A stretch of DNA of 64,000 nucleotides from Octopus vulgaris (lineage: Eukaryota), in assembly GCA_951406725.2 (NCBI GenBank), contig OX597828.1, positions 25,916,001 through 25,980,000 on the forward strand, read 5' to 3'. The position numbers were made by a program, and so were the translations under genes. The notes under the pieces were generated by a model that did not search any database, was not told where the DNA came from, and saw only the letters and a list, made by a program, of their open reading frames with translations. This document shows positions 41,625 to 56,865 of this stretch, piece after piece; the stretch's first letter is position 1, and the number at the start of each line of letters is the position of its first letter.

Positions 41625-43585
41625 AAGTCGAGATCGGATCCACTCAGTAATGTCGCGTCTCGTATTTGGCCAGGGAAATCTAGCCGTTATGAGCTTTACT
41701 GAGGCCCAGGCTCCAGGGTGTGAAAGACTGTGCAAAGGTTCGAATACAGTTCGCCAATGGGTCCCTGGGACGAAGGGACGAGGCGAATCCGTTGACACGT
41801 CACATAATATCTGTATGTCAGCCTTTGGTAGAGGCAGGTACTTGAATTTGAATTTGGAATCGCAAATACAGAAGATGTGTCAAGTGAGTCCAGAGGAGGT
41901 TGGTCCGAGGACGAAACAGTCAGGTCAATCCGAAGAGAAGATGACAAGGAATTCACCAGCAGGTGGGACAATGCATCCGCAGCTGTGTTCTGAGCTCCGG
42001 AGATGTGCTGGATATTACTGGTAAATTGCGATACAAAATCCAGGCGTCTAGTCTCATTCTCAGGCTTGGACCGCAAGGCAAAGGTAAGGGAATTATGATT
42101 GGTGTAGATGGTAAAGTTCCTTCCTTCGAGGATGTGCTGGAAATGCTTCACGGACAGGTAGATCGCCAACAATTCACGGCCAAAGGTGATGTAACGCGTT
42201 TCAGCAGGTTTCAGCTGGCGAGAGGAAAATGTAAGAGGTTGCAAGTGTTGGTGAAACTGTCGTAATACGGCACCAATTGTTGTTTCCAGTGCATCAGCCA
42301 CAAGCGAAAGCTTTGCATCGGAGAGAGGGTGCGCGAGTAGAGATGCTTTAGCGAGTTCGCGTTTTACAGCATCAGAAGCTTTCATCAGGGCCAGAGTCAA
42401 CGCAATAGCTTCATTCAGTCCCAATGAAACCCATATCAATCAATTTTGGACTCTTTCTCGTGCGCGTGTGTGTGTGCGTGTGTACTTTTATGCTTGTCCC
42501 CCCAACTACCGCTTGACAACCGATGTTGGCTTCTTTACGTCACCGTAACTTGGCGGTTCAACATAAGGGAGAGATAGAAAAAGGACCTGGCTTTAAAAAA
42601 ATAAGCACTGAGGTCAAGTAGTTCGACCAAACCCGAGGCTACAGTAGAAGGCACTTGCCCAAGATGTCACGCAATGGGACTGAACCTGAAACGACTTGGT
42701 TGCAAAGCGTGCTTCCTAACCACGATTCTTTAAGAGCTCGGTAAGTCGAGACAGGAGTTCAGAACAGTGAGAGATGAAACGGCGATAAAAATTCAGCAAA
42801 CCAAGGAAATGGCGCAACTGGCGAAGAGAAGTAGGAAGAGGAAGGTCCTCAGTAACCAGCACTTTCTCTGGTAGAGGTCTAATGCCCTCTTTATCAATGA
42901 TGTGGTCAAGAAACACAAGGGTAGATGTGCCAAAAACACATTTAGCAGGGTTAATCCGCATTTTAGATTGGTTAAGTAGCTGGAAGAGTAACTTTAAATG
43001 TTGAGCATGTCTTTCAGCAGAAGAACTGGCAATCAAGAGATCATCGATATATGCATAGACGAAATCTCATAATTCCGAGCTGCTTTGAGCTTTTCCGGAG
43101 GCAAACGACGAGGATATGAAAACACTGGAGCACCCTTTGTACATATAAAACATTTCGTAGTGTGAGTAGGTGCACGCATTTGGAAATTCAAGTTAGTGAG
43201 CTCCGAGAAAGAGTCCAAAATTAATTGATATGGGTTTCCAGCTCAGTGTTCCGGTGAAGAATACTGGGCCAACCGACAGAGAACTCGACAAATAGCAAGG
43301 TCCATAGTGCTGTCAAGATGTCGCCTCTTACGATCATCAACCAGAAGAGAGTAATGAAGAAAATCCACACCGAGGAGGTCGGCGATGATAAGAATCCGTT
43401 TAGAATCTCTTCGCAAGGCCAAATCCAAGAGAAGAGAAATTTGATTGTACGTCTGTATAGGCGAGTGGTTCACAGCTTGCAGGCTGATTGCAGAAAGAGG
43501 ATGTTTAGTTTTGGTGAATTTAATTGGCCAAATACTGCAGGCAGAACCATAATCAATAAGAAAGAGTTTGTGCGACAATAAATCC
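41625..43585 (-). mobile_element. Decayed Ty3/Gypsy LTR-retrotransposon pol
   Basis: Protease FLIDYGS...LLGVDFL; RT HLKLLFQ...INPAKCVFG...LRHFLGLLNFYRRFI; RNase H ADA...IGAVL...FGRELLAIY; integrase LHSLSHPG. Domain order PR-RT-RH-IN. A SINE-B piece interrupts at ~42460-42720. Confidence 0.9.
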
Positions 43586-45012
43586 TCGATGAAGAATGCA
43601 CGATTATGCGGGTGCGAATAGGGAGCAGCTGTCGTGCTCAGTGTCTTACCGTGGCTATTTTATTCTTGTCTTTAAAGGTGCTTTCATGGTTAGTTATCTT
43701 GCTCTTTATGTAATTTTCAGTGGACCCTATATAGTAGTAATTTTGTCCCTCAGATTCTACTACACAGCTATATGTTAATTTTGTTTGCAAAAAGTTTTTA
43801 ACGAGTTTTTAAATCTATAATCGCAACTTTCCATTTCAGTTTCATCTTTAAAAATGTTGAACATATTTTTCCAGTTTATAGGGACGTTTCTTTGTTTCAC
43901 ACATGCTAACACGCACACACACACATAAATAAACGAATACTGCTATTTTACAATGTTGATAAATGCTCAATCTATTAGGATGTAAAAACAAATGTGTCAA
44001 TTTTCGCAATGAAGAAATATCTACCTTTGTTATTTCATAATGCAATTTTAATTATAATTCGAATGAAGGTTGATATGGAAACGGTCCTAGGTTTATAATT
44101 GACAAAGTGTAAATAAAAAATGTGTTTAATTCTGGTGCCTAATAAATAATAAACACTAATACTACCACGGAAAAGGAGGATTCCAGAAAGTTCATCGATA
44201 TATACGATAAAACCGGAGAACGTTTAGATGTTGACATCCCTTTAAAGAGGAATCTGTCTCCTCACAAAAGCTCACTTACACACACACACACACACACACA
44301 TACACACAAAACGCTCACCACACGTGTTCCATAAATATGTGCCTTTAATTTGATGTAAAATGTTTAAATGCTGCTCTACTTATGAAATTACTCCTGAAGT
44401 ACACGAAACAGGAAATTATGCACGCATACACCTTTACGTCATCCTTCAAGGCACCGATGCGTGTACATATGCGCAACTCCCCCCCATACTACATAAAAGG
44501 TTTGCTCATCACTTTTCGATCATTTGTTTATATTTAAAGAGTGACGCTTCAAATCGGAGAATAAATATCATTATGATATATATTATATACAGTTATTATA
44601 TATTTATATACTCACATACACATATATACACACGAAAGGCCTTCGCGAAAGGCCTGGTTGGAGGTCCAATCTTCCGAGTTCTTTTACAAGGTTAACGAAA
44701 ACTGAAGGACTGCTTCAATAAGTTTGTGAATCTTAGAGGGGAATATGTTAAATAAAATCATAATTAACTAACCCTCCAGTATTCTCTTTTAACCCAAAGC
44801 CAGGGACTTTTCAGTATTCCCTGGTATGTATGTATGTATGTATGTATGTATGTATGTATGTATGTATGTATGTATGTATGTATGTTGTATGTATGCATGT
44901 ATGTATGTATGTATGTATGTATGTATGTATGTATGTATGTATGTATGTATGTATGTATGTATGTATGTATGTATGCATGTACACGGTCTTTCAAAATGTG
45001 ACCTCGCGTGTA

Positions 45013-45177
45013 CCGTTGGCGATTTTTTTCCCTCTGTCTTCCCTTCTCGGGATCTTTCCTTCTCCTATGTTTCCAACGAAGAGCTCCGCTTCTTTCCGGA
45101 GCGTCCAATAATACTATATTTGTTCCACGTCCTCGCGTTGTTGTGTTTTTTTGTGTTTTCTTGTTTTGATTAACTTT
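45013..45177 (+). mobile_element. Penelope-like pLTR fragment with the hammerhead partly deleted
   Basis: Reverse-complement homologue of 198-395, between (TATG)n tracts. Confidence 0.65.
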
Positions 45178-45744
45178 ATGTATGTATGTATGTATGTATG
45201 TATGTATGTATGTATGTATGTATGTATGTATGTTTGGAAGTATCCAAAATATTTTACGACCAGATTCGAATGGTCGGTATATAAAAGTGGATCAGCAAAA
45301 GGCAAAAGATATTGTCAAGATGTTGCGATGCGTATGTCTGTGTAGAATGGCCGTGTGTCGCAGGGACGGTGTAAGAGCAGAGTGGGGAAGGATAGGAAGA
45401 AGAAGAAGGAGAGCGAGGTATTATTAAATACACAACAAATATTTAAATCGACCATTTAACATCCATTGTTAAGGCTGAATTTTTATGCTGTGCCGCACCA
45501 GCCGTTATGATGTATTTGGGTTGAGGCTGTTGTTGTTGTAGATTCTGTTGCCGTCGTCATCATTGCTGTTGTTGTTGTTGTGCTGCTCTTTGTTGTTGTC
45601 GCTTGTAGACTTCTCCAGACATGCGGCTCATCGAGCGAATTTATGCTCAAAAACTCTCCAGCCATGACCATCAATTCTTTGCAGATATAGTTTATCTCAG
45701 ACTTTTTTTTTCAATTTATATTCTTCCTACCCACAAGCGCCGAA

Positions 45745-46335
45745 GTGTGTTAAGAAGTTTGCTTTCTGACCACATGGTTCTGGGTTCAGTCCTACTGTGT
45801 GGCACTTTGGTCGGGAGTCATCTGCTAGAGACCTAGGCTGACCAGAATTTTGTGAGTGGACTTCGTAAATGGAAACTGAGAAGACCGTCGTGTATGCGTG
45901 CGTGCGCGCGCGCGCGCGCGTGTGTGTGTATGTGTCTGTGTCTGTGTGTGTGTGTGCACTTTTATACTTGTCCCCAACTACCGCTTGACAACCTATTTCT
46001 TTACTACCCACAAGGGGCTAAACATAGAGGGGACAAACAAGGACAGACATAGGTATTAAGTCGATTACATCGACCCCAGTACGTAACTGGTACTTAATTT
46101 ATCGACCCCGAAAGGATGAAAGGTAAAGTCGACCTCGGCGGAATTTGAACTCACACCGTAACGGCAGACGAAATACCGCTAAGCATTTCGCCCGGCATGC
46201 TAACGTTTCTGCCAGCTCGCCGCCTTTGACAACCGATGTTGGATTGTTTACGTCACCGTAACCTGGCGGTTCGACATAAGAGACCGATAGAAAAAGGACC
46301 TGGCTTTAAAAAAAATAAGCATTGAGGTCAAGTAG
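45745..46335 (+). mobile_element. SINE family B hosting a nested family-A SINE
   Basis: Family-B head and tail are split at ttgacaacc. Confidence 0.75.
45994..46225 (-). mobile_element. Full-length SINE family A with a 9-bp target-site duplication
   Basis: TSD ttgacaacc at 45985-45993 and 46226-46234. Confidence 0.92.
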
Positions 46336-46790
46336 TGAGTGAGTGAGTGAATGAGTGAGTGACTTTAGTGAGTGAGTGAGTGAGTGAGTGAGTGAATGAG
46401 TGAGTGAGTGAATGAGTGAGTGAGTGAGTGAGTGAATGAGTGAGTGAGTGAGTGAGTGAGTGAGTGAATGAGTGAATGAGTGAGTGAGTGAATGAGTGAG
46501 TGAGTGAGTGAGTGAGTGAGTGAATAAGTGAGTGAGTGAATGAGTGAGTGAGTGAATGAGTGAGTGAGTGAGTGAGTGAATGAGTGAATGAGTGAATGAA
46601 TGAGTGAGTGAGTGAGTGAGTGAATGAGTGAGTGAGTGAGTGAGTGAGTGAGTGAGTGAGTGAATGAGTGAGTGAGTGAGTGAATGAGTGAGTGACTTTA
46701 GTGAGTGAGTGACTTTAGTGAATGAGGGAGTGAGTGAGTGAGTGAGTGAATGAACGAGTGAGTGAATGAGTGGGTGGGTGAGTGAGTGGA
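46335..46790. repeat. (TGAG)n/(TGAA)n microsatellite
   Basis: Read directly from the sequence. Confidence 0.97.
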
Positions 46791-47107
46791 TTAGTCATTC
46801 CCAATCAGTCAGATAACCTTTCAATTGTAATCTATTGTGGGTGTACAGTGGCAGCGGCAGCAGCGGCAGCAGCAGTAGCAGCAGCAGTAGCAGCGGTAGT
46901 GGTTGTCATAGCATCGGTGATGTGGGAACGTTATTCCATTATAGAAGGAAGCGATGCGAATGCCACCTGTTTATTTCTAGAGCGGAAGCTTTATGGCAGA
47001 GTTCAGTTTATGTTTTCGCTATAAACATAACTCAATGACGTCACTACTTCGCTCTGCAGGATCTCTACTCTCCTTCATATCTGCGGCCATCGACATTCTC
47101 ATCTCAT

Positions 47108-47375
47108 TTCTTCTTCTTCTTCTTCTTCTTCTTCTTCATCTGCTTCTTCTTCTTCTTCTTCTTCTTCTTCTTCTCCTTCTTCTTCCTCCTCCTTTTCTTC
47201 TTCTTCTTCCTTTGCTTCTTCTTCTTCTTCTTCTTCGTCTTCTCCTCCTCCTCCTCCTCCTCCTCCTCCTTCTTCTTCTCCTCCTCCTCCTCCTCCTCCT
47301 CCTCCTTCTTCTTCTCATTTCTTCTTCTTCTTCCTCCTTTTCTTCTTCTTCTTCTTCTTCTTCTTCTTCTCTTCC
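47108..47375. repeat. (CTT)n/(CCT)n microsatellite
   Basis: Read directly from the sequence. Confidence 0.95.
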
Positions 47376-47775
47376 TTGCATATAATCTATACCTCTCTGG
47401 ACTATATATATTCCAGGCTTCCCCCACATCTCTTCCTTTCCCCCTTATTCTCTGCGTGTGTATGTATACGTGTATGCGTTGCTATGCTTGTTTTACACAC
47501 ATATGTGTGTGCATGTATGTCTGATTGTCAGAAGGAGGATGAAAGAGCCTTGCCGACGTCATAGGCTCTTGAGGCTGGCTTCGCTGGTTCTGTGGTGTCG
47601 CAGGATGACTCGTTTCTGCCAGCTGAAACAATGTGCAATGAAGTGTCTTGCTCAAGAACCAAACGCATCGCTTTGTCCAGGAGTGGAAACCACAATCCTA
47701 CGATGATCAGTGTTACACCCTAACCACTAAGCCACGTGCCCCAATTGTATGCCTGTATGTATATGTATATACATT

Positions 47776-47852
<77 letters not shown>

Positions 47853-48009
47853 ATGTCTGTCTGTCCGTTTGTCTGTCTGTCTGTCTGTTTGACTGTCTGT
47901 CTGTCTGTCTGGCGGGGTATACGCATACAATCATCCAGACAGCTATATTCACACTACCCTTTACAAGTGAGTCCGCCCATACATGCGCGCGCAAACACAT
48001 ACCTGTTTG

Positions 48010-48235
48010 TTTACTACCCATAAGGGGCTAAACACAGAGGGGACAAACAAGGACAGACAAACGGATTAAGTCGATTACATCGACCCCAGTGCGTAACTGG
48101 TCCTTAATTTATCGTCCCCGAAAGGATGAAAGGCAAATCGACCTCGGCGGAATTTGAACTCAGAACGTAACGGCAGACGAAATAGGGCTACGCATTTCGT
48201 CCGGCGTGCTAACATTTCTGCCAATTCGCCGCCTT
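48010..48235 (-). mobile_element. Full-length SINE family A
   Basis: Reverse complement of the family-A sequence. gcaaacacatacct occurs on both sides (probable TSD). Confidence 0.9.
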
Positions 48236-48268
48236 CAAGCAAACACATACCTACAATTTCAAAGTCAA

Positions 48269-48342
<74 letters not shown>

Positions 48343-49923
48343 ATCGACACGTACGCATACACTATCACGCAAGCATATACACACGTATACTTACTGTATG
48401 AGACAAGTCTGCACCAACACACATATTTTCACACGCACAGTCACATACACACACTTGTAAAGGGACACACACATACGCACTCTTATTGCAACTGACAAAT
48501 ACACAGACACGTTTGCATAAATATACACACACACATATACTCACGAACACACACACACACATGAACGTACGCACATACACTCACATGCACAAAACACACA
48601 CAGACGAACGCATATATATTCACACACACACACACATACACACATACACATACACACATACGCACATACACACATACGCACATACACACACACACATACA
48701 CACATGCACACATACACACATACACATACACACATACACATATACACACACACCCACATACACATACACACACACACATACACACACAAACGAACGCATA
48801 TATATTCACACACACACACACTACCCCAAATAGTCCTATTAGATTTCAGTAACTTTAACCCGGCTCCACTTCATACATATAACCCCGACCCGTTAATTCA
48901 ACATTGCTCTCTTGTTAATATCGGGGAATTTCCGACTCATGTTTCCCTTGTTTCAGGTTTCTCCCTACCCTCATCACCCAACACAACAACCACTACCCCA
49001 CCCCTGTCAGTAGCAGCATCAGCACCAGCAGCAACAGCAGCAGTGGCACTCCCCACTCCACCGGTCACACTAATATCTTTGCTAATACGGCAATCGTCAT
49101 TTCCATCACCACCAACAAAACTTCCTCATCGAAACAAACGTCGATCCTACAATCATATCATTGTCACCAGAACCAACACCACTGCCACTATCACCACCAC
49201 CACCAGAACCACCACCGCCAGAACCCGCCCCCCCCACCACAACCATACCACCACCACCAGAACCCCCCCACCCCCCACCACAGCCATACCACAACCATAC
49301 CATCACCACCGCAACCACAACCACCACCACACAACCAACACCACCACCACCACAGCAACAACAACAACCACCACCACCACCACCACAACCACAACCAATA
49401 CCACCACCCACAACCATCACCATAACCACCAATACCACCACAACCACCACCACCATTATCATCATCATCGTCGTCGTCGTCATCGTCTCCATCATGCCTA
49501 TTTTCTCAGATAGAAGCCTTTATTTTGAATCTGAATAATCACCTGGTAATAAATGGTATGCTATAAACAAACTTGTCGGAGTATCGTAATATCAGAGTCA
49601 TGAAACTTAGCAGCTTATATTTAAGTCTTTCGTACATCAAATAGTATTTCTCTCAGTAGGTGAGGCACTATTTTTTTAAATCCCACTAATATTGGAAGAG
49701 TGCACTATATATACGTATACATTATGGCTGTCCACTCGTGACAGAGGAAGACCATCACGGACCATTGCTCATCCAAAATGCTAACAATGCTCGTGCATGA
49801 GGTTATTGTACCCGAGTTCGGCTACACCCGGGTTCACACCCGCGGCTTTCATGTTCTCCGCGGCGTCCTCCTACTCAGCGGACCATCGGCAAGTCGCCTC
49901 GCCTGTGTTGTGCAACCTAATTA

Positions 49924-50153
49924 AGGCGGCGAGCTGGCAGAAACGTTAGCGCGCCGGGCGAAATGCTTAGCGGTATTTCGTCTGTCGTTACGCTCTGAGT
50001 TCAAATTCCGCCGAGGTCGACTTTGCCTTTCATCCTTTCGGGGCCGATAAATAAAGTACTAGTTTCGCACTGGGGTCGATGTAATCGACTTAATCCCTTT
50101 GTCTGTCCTTGTTTGTCCCCTCTATGTCTAGCCCCTTGTGGGTAGTAAAGAAA
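49924..50153 (+). mobile_element. Full-length SINE family A
   Basis: Complete head, core and tail ending in gtaaagaaa. taattaag occurs on both sides. Confidence 0.92.
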
Positions 50154-50643
50154 TATAATTAAGCTTCCACAACGCCCCACAGACCTTAGCCTACTGGAAT
50201 AATCCAGAGACAAGCCAGGGCAAGATATTCAGTGCCAATATTGGTCACAGGCTCAGGAATGTGGGAGTACCATGATCTCGAGCGTACGCAAAAGATCCCC
50301 AAAATGTTCGGTGATATTCCCTACATACCTGGGTTTATATCAGAGCGAGGGGCTTCACTCCCAATAGTCTTCCGGCAGAGCAGACACCAAGCCGGAATTC
50401 CTGAGGGCCTATACTATTGCTAGATAGACGTTGAAACTAGACTACATTCATCCATCCTACATACATACACACAAAAGAGTAGCAACGAGAAAAGTATACA
50501 CACACACAGAATCGTACTACCCTATAACACACACACACGCACACACACACACACAAACACACATATACACAAGTTCATACATATGTAGATAAATAATAAG
50601 GGTGGACTATTCGCAATTTTACAACCGAAAGGCAGAAATATAG

Positions 50644-50863
50644 ACGTCACTAAAATGACTAAGGGTACCAAGTCAGCACCAGTATTGCTAGAAATAGGAG
50701 TTAAAATAAATCACTGGTGACCTGACTATGCCCGGATGTTGTCGGGTGCTTACCTCCCTTGTCAGTCATTAAGATAAGTGCTTTCTTGTGGCTAAGAGTT
50801 GTTTTAACTCTTATTTCTAGCAATACTGGTGCTGACTGGCGCCCTTAGTCATTTTAGTGACGT
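50644..50863. mobile_element. MITE/foldback element with ~65-bp terminal inverted repeats
   Basis: acgtcactaaaatgactaaggg...cagcaccagtattgctagaaata.gagttaaaa is mirrored at the right end, which abuts TA repeats. Confidence 0.8.
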
Positions 50864-50878
50864 ATATATGTATGTATG

Positions 50879-51822
<944 letters not shown>

Positions 51823-53271
51823 ATATATGTTACTGTGTTTGTATGTATTTATGCGTATATGCTTTAACTTGGACGAATTAGTAAGCATGCGATATTTTAA
51901 TGGTCATGACAAAAAACTGAAATAACGCGTTTTAAAGTAAATGAAAGATTAATATCACCAGTTGATAAGTTTAATCTTGGACTGATTATCTCCGTTCCCT
52001 TCTTACACCCAGCTAGTGTTTATTTCTTCACGAAAATATATAGCAAACAAAGGAAATAACTCCAATCAGATTAAGTTATCACCATTAACGTGACACAAAA
52101 TATATAAATGCACAACGGCATTTATTAAACGAGAGATTACACTCTGTAGCAATATGTATACAAATGTATGTGTGTATGTGTGTGTTTATGTGGCTGCGTG
52201 TTGGTTTGTTGCATAGGCACAGGGTCACGCTTCTTGTGTAATTTATGTCGTCGGTTCATCCAGTCTCGTTCTCACTTTATCGTTGCCAGAAGGATGAAAG
52301 AGAAAAGCTTACCTCAGCAGGGTTTGACCTTCAACGAAAATGGTGACTTAATACTGCAAAGCATTTTGTCCGCCGCTCTACTGCTTCCGCCATTCAACTA
52401 TCTTTATATGCATATGTATTGAAATACATATGGATGAGAAATCTATGTAGAGTGTGTATGTGTGGGGAAGGGGGAAGGGGGTGAGTGTATGCCTGTGTGA
52501 GAGAGTGCATGTGTGTGTGTAGGTGTGAGTGTTTACGTGTGTTGTATAACATGTGACATTTGCCATGCTGGACTGGAGTTTGCGTCAGCGTCGTCATGTG
52601 TGAGGATAAAAGTGTGAAGTGCGATAGGTTTAAAAAGATAGTTGTGTGGGGGTAAGAATTGTAGTGTTGGCGGTAGTAGGTATAGTGGTGGCGGCAGAAA
52701 GGTATAGTGGTAACGGTAGGAAATGAGCGAATAGAGAATGACAGAATGATGGGGTTGGGGTTGGGGGTTGGGGTAGGGGGGTGAAAAATGATGCGTCGCA
52801 GATGGAAAGGGAAACCTCTCCTGATTCCTAAGCAGTGACATTGAGATGAGGATGAAATGAATAGGGGTGGGGAAGAGAGGGGGAGAGGGGGAGAACGAGG
52901 AGGAGGAGGTACAGGAGGGTGTATGTGGAGGAGGGAGGAAAGGAGAAGGACGGCGGGAGGGAGGAAAAGAAGGAGATGAACAAGAAGAAGAAAAGTGGAT
53001 AAAGAAGCAAAGGAAGAAGAAGGAGGAGGAGGAGAGGAGAAAGAGAAGGAGAAGGAGGAGACAGAAAAGGTGTGTTTCTGTGTGTATTCGTGTATGTCAG
53101 TTTGTGTGTACGTGTTTGTAATCTGTATCTATCTACGTTATAATAAATGCGTGTGTGTGTATATTTGTGTGTGTGTGTGTGTGTTTGTATTTGTGTTTGG
53201 GAATGAGGAGAAAGAGGAGAGAGGAAGAGAGAGACAAAGTGAAAGAGTGATCATTAAATGGAATGAGAGAA

Positions 53272-54212
53272 AGGCGGCGAGCTGGCAGAATCGTTAGCAC
53301 GCCGGGCGAAATGCTTCGCGGTATTTCGTCTGCGGTTACGTAGTGAGTTCAAATTCCGCTCAGGTCGACTTTCCCTGTCATCCTTTCGGGGTCGATTAGA
53401 TAAGTACCAGTTACGCACCGGGGTCGATATAATCGACTTAATCCGTTTGTCTGTCCTTGTTTGTCCTCTCTGTTCGTCTGCCGCTACGTTCTGAGTTCAA
53501 ATTCCACCGAGGTCGACTTTGCCTTTTAAAATAAGGCGGTGAGCTGGCAGAAACGTTAGCACGCCGGGCGAAATGCTTCGCGGTATTTCGTCTGCGGCTA
53601 CGTTCTGAGTTCAAATTCCGCCCAGGTCGACTTTCCCTGCCATCCTTTCGGGGTCGATTAGATAAGTACCAGTTACGCACTGGGGTCGATATAATCGACT
53701 TAATCCGTTTGTCTGTCCTTGTTTGTCCTCTCTGTGGGTAGTAAAGAAATAGGTATTTCGTCTGCCGCTACGTTCTGAGTTAAAATTCCGCAGAGGTCGA
53801 CTTTGCCTTTTAAAATAAGGCGGCGAGCTGGCAGAAACGTTAGCATGCAGGGCGAAGTGCTTAGCGGTATTTCGTCTGCGGCTACGTTCTGAGTTCAAAT
53901 TCCGCCGAGGTCGACTTTGCCTTTCATCCTTTCGGGGTCGATAAATTAAGTACCAGTTAAGCACTGGGTCGATAAAATCGACTTAATCCGTTTGTCTGTC
54001 CTTGTTTGTCCTTTCTGTGTTTAGCCCCTTGTGGGTAGTAAAGAAATAGGTATTTCGTCTGTGGCTACGTTCTGAGTTCAAATTCCGCCGAGGTCGACTT
54101 TGCCTTTCATCCTTTCGGGTCGATAAATTAAGTACCAGTTGCGTACTGGTTTCGATTTAATCGACTGGCTACCTCCCCCAAAATTTCGGGCCTTGTGCCT
54201 AGAATAGAAAAG
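53272..54212 (+). mobile_element. Tandem array of family-A SINE units
   Basis: Three headed copies (~53272, ~53534, ~53819) alternate with 5'-truncated copies. Confidence 0.92.
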
Positions 54213-54651
54213 ATTAAATAGATTGAGAGAATAAGGTGGGGAGAGGGAGATATATAAATGCTTTAAAATTAGTTAGAGGGAGGAAGAGAGAAAGAGAGAG
54301 AGGCAGGAAGGTGTGAGGTGAAAATGTGTGCTGGAGAGATAGAAAGAGTGAATGTGTGAGAGAGGGAGGGAAGGAAAATGTGGGTGAGAGAAAAAAAGAG
54401 AAAACTGAAGACTAAGAGGAGGAAGAAAAAGAAGAGACTGATTGAAAGTCTGTATCAGTGTGTGTGTGTGTGTATGTGTCTGTGCGTGTGTGTGTGTTTG
54501 ATATGCGTGTGATTTGGAGCTAGGGTGAGGGACAACCTGTGTGGTTGTGTGTGTATGTGTAAGAGCTACAGAGAGTGAAAGAGTGATAAGGGGAGAGAGG
54601 AAGAGAGAGAGAGAGAAACAGATAGATGGATTGATAAACAGACAGACAAAC

Positions 54652-54711
<60 letters not shown>

Positions 54712-54732
54712 GGATGGTTGGATGGATGAATG

Positions 54733-54784
<52 letters not shown>

Positions 54785-54806
54785 TGGATGGATGGATGGA
54801 TGGAAG

Positions 54807-54846
<40 letters not shown>

Positions 54847-54876
54847 TGGATGGATGGATGGATGGATGGAAGGATG

Positions 54877-54913
<37 letters not shown>

Positions 54914-55090
54914 AAATGCTACGAGAGCAATTGAAAGTGGAGAGAATAGCAGGGCCTCTGAGTACGTATTACAAACTGTTAGGGTTTGCGCGAGAAAGGC
55001 AAAGTTTCTATGAGAGAGAACGAGATTGTGTGCATCAGAGGAGTAAAGGAACGTGTATGGGGGGGTGGGGTGAGAGTTTGTATGGGTAGA

Positions 55091-55134
<44 letters not shown>

Positions 55135-55368
55135 ATTTGTGTATGTGCATGTGTGTGTGTGTGTGTGTCAGTGTTTTGGTGTATGATTGTGATATATTTG
55201 CGTGAGTGCGAATATAATTATCTGTGTATGCTAGAAAGATGAAGGGAGTGTGTGTGTGTGTGTGAGTGAAACAGAGATTGAGTGTGTATGAGAGAGAAAG
55301 AGAGAGAAAGCAAGAGTATGAGTGAAAAAGAGTGATAGACAAAGAAAACAGTGTCTGTGTGCAGTTCA

Positions 55369-55469
<101 letters not shown>

Positions 55470-55522
55470 ATATAAATATGTATATATATATGTATATATA
55501 TATGTATATATATATATATATG

Positions 55523-55567
<45 letters not shown>

Positions 55568-55574
55568 GTATGTA

Positions 55575-55674
<100 letters not shown>

Positions 55675-56339
55675 TCCTTTGTGTGTGCGTGTGTGTTTGA
55701 AAAAGGTGGAATGAAACTATGAGTATGTAACAAGAAAGATGTGAAGACATGAATGAAAAACTAAGAATGAAAAAAATATATTTAAAGGAGAAACGAGGAA
55801 GTGTGAAGGAGGGAGAGAGGGTTAGAAAGAGGGGGAAAGAGAAAGAGAGAGAAGTATGAAGTGGAGAGAGAGAGAGAGGGGAAGGAGAAACTATGGAAGA
55901 AAAAATGAGTAACTGAAAGTAACCAGAGATTCCTCATTTGATATGATTTTCCTCCTAAGATGGATCATTTTCTTTTTACAATCCATTTCTTTGGCTTTCT
56001 TGCTGCCCCCTCTCTCTCACACACACATGCACACTCTTTCTCTCTCTGTTTTTATATGTGTGTGTGTATGTGTGTGTATATGTATATATATGTATATTTA
56101 TGTATGTATGTATATATATATATATTTATTTATATATATATATAATATATATATATATACGCACACACATTTACACATACAAACTTACAAATCTAGTGAG
56201 AGAGAGCTAGTTATACATATAGCTGCATATATGTCTATACATACATACAAACATACACACACACACAAACATATATATATATATATATATATATAGATAG
56301 AGAGAGAGAGAGAGAGAGGGAGAGATAGATAGATAGATG

Positions 56340-56382
<43 letters not shown>

Positions 56383-56391
56383 TGACAGATG

Positions 56392-56498
<107 letters not shown>

Positions 56499-56692
56499 GT
56501 ATACATGATTCATAATCAAGTTCCAGGAATAGCGTATTCCGAATGAACAAAGTAATGTAATCTGATGGTAGAAAGAAATTCGCGAATTAGGTATTTCAAA
56601 AGTCAGTCGGAAGGCCAGGGGTCCGTGTGAGCGTGCGGTAAGTGTTTGTCCTTCGTTTCTTTTTCGGTGGGATTAACTATATATATACACAC

Positions 56693-56768
<76 letters not shown>

Positions 56769-56865
56769 CGGGAAGCTTTATGAAAATAAACAAAAGACGA
56801 AGGCAGGTGGAAAACAAACGAACAATTGTATTAGTATGGCGCTCAGGAAATATAAATAAAACAAG

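Noticed and set aside
49106-49538. Pro/Thr-rich ORF with a hydrophobic C-terminus resembling a mucin or membrane protein
   Set aside because: It derives from (CAC)n/(CAT)n repeats, is open in several frames and has no splice or domain evidence.
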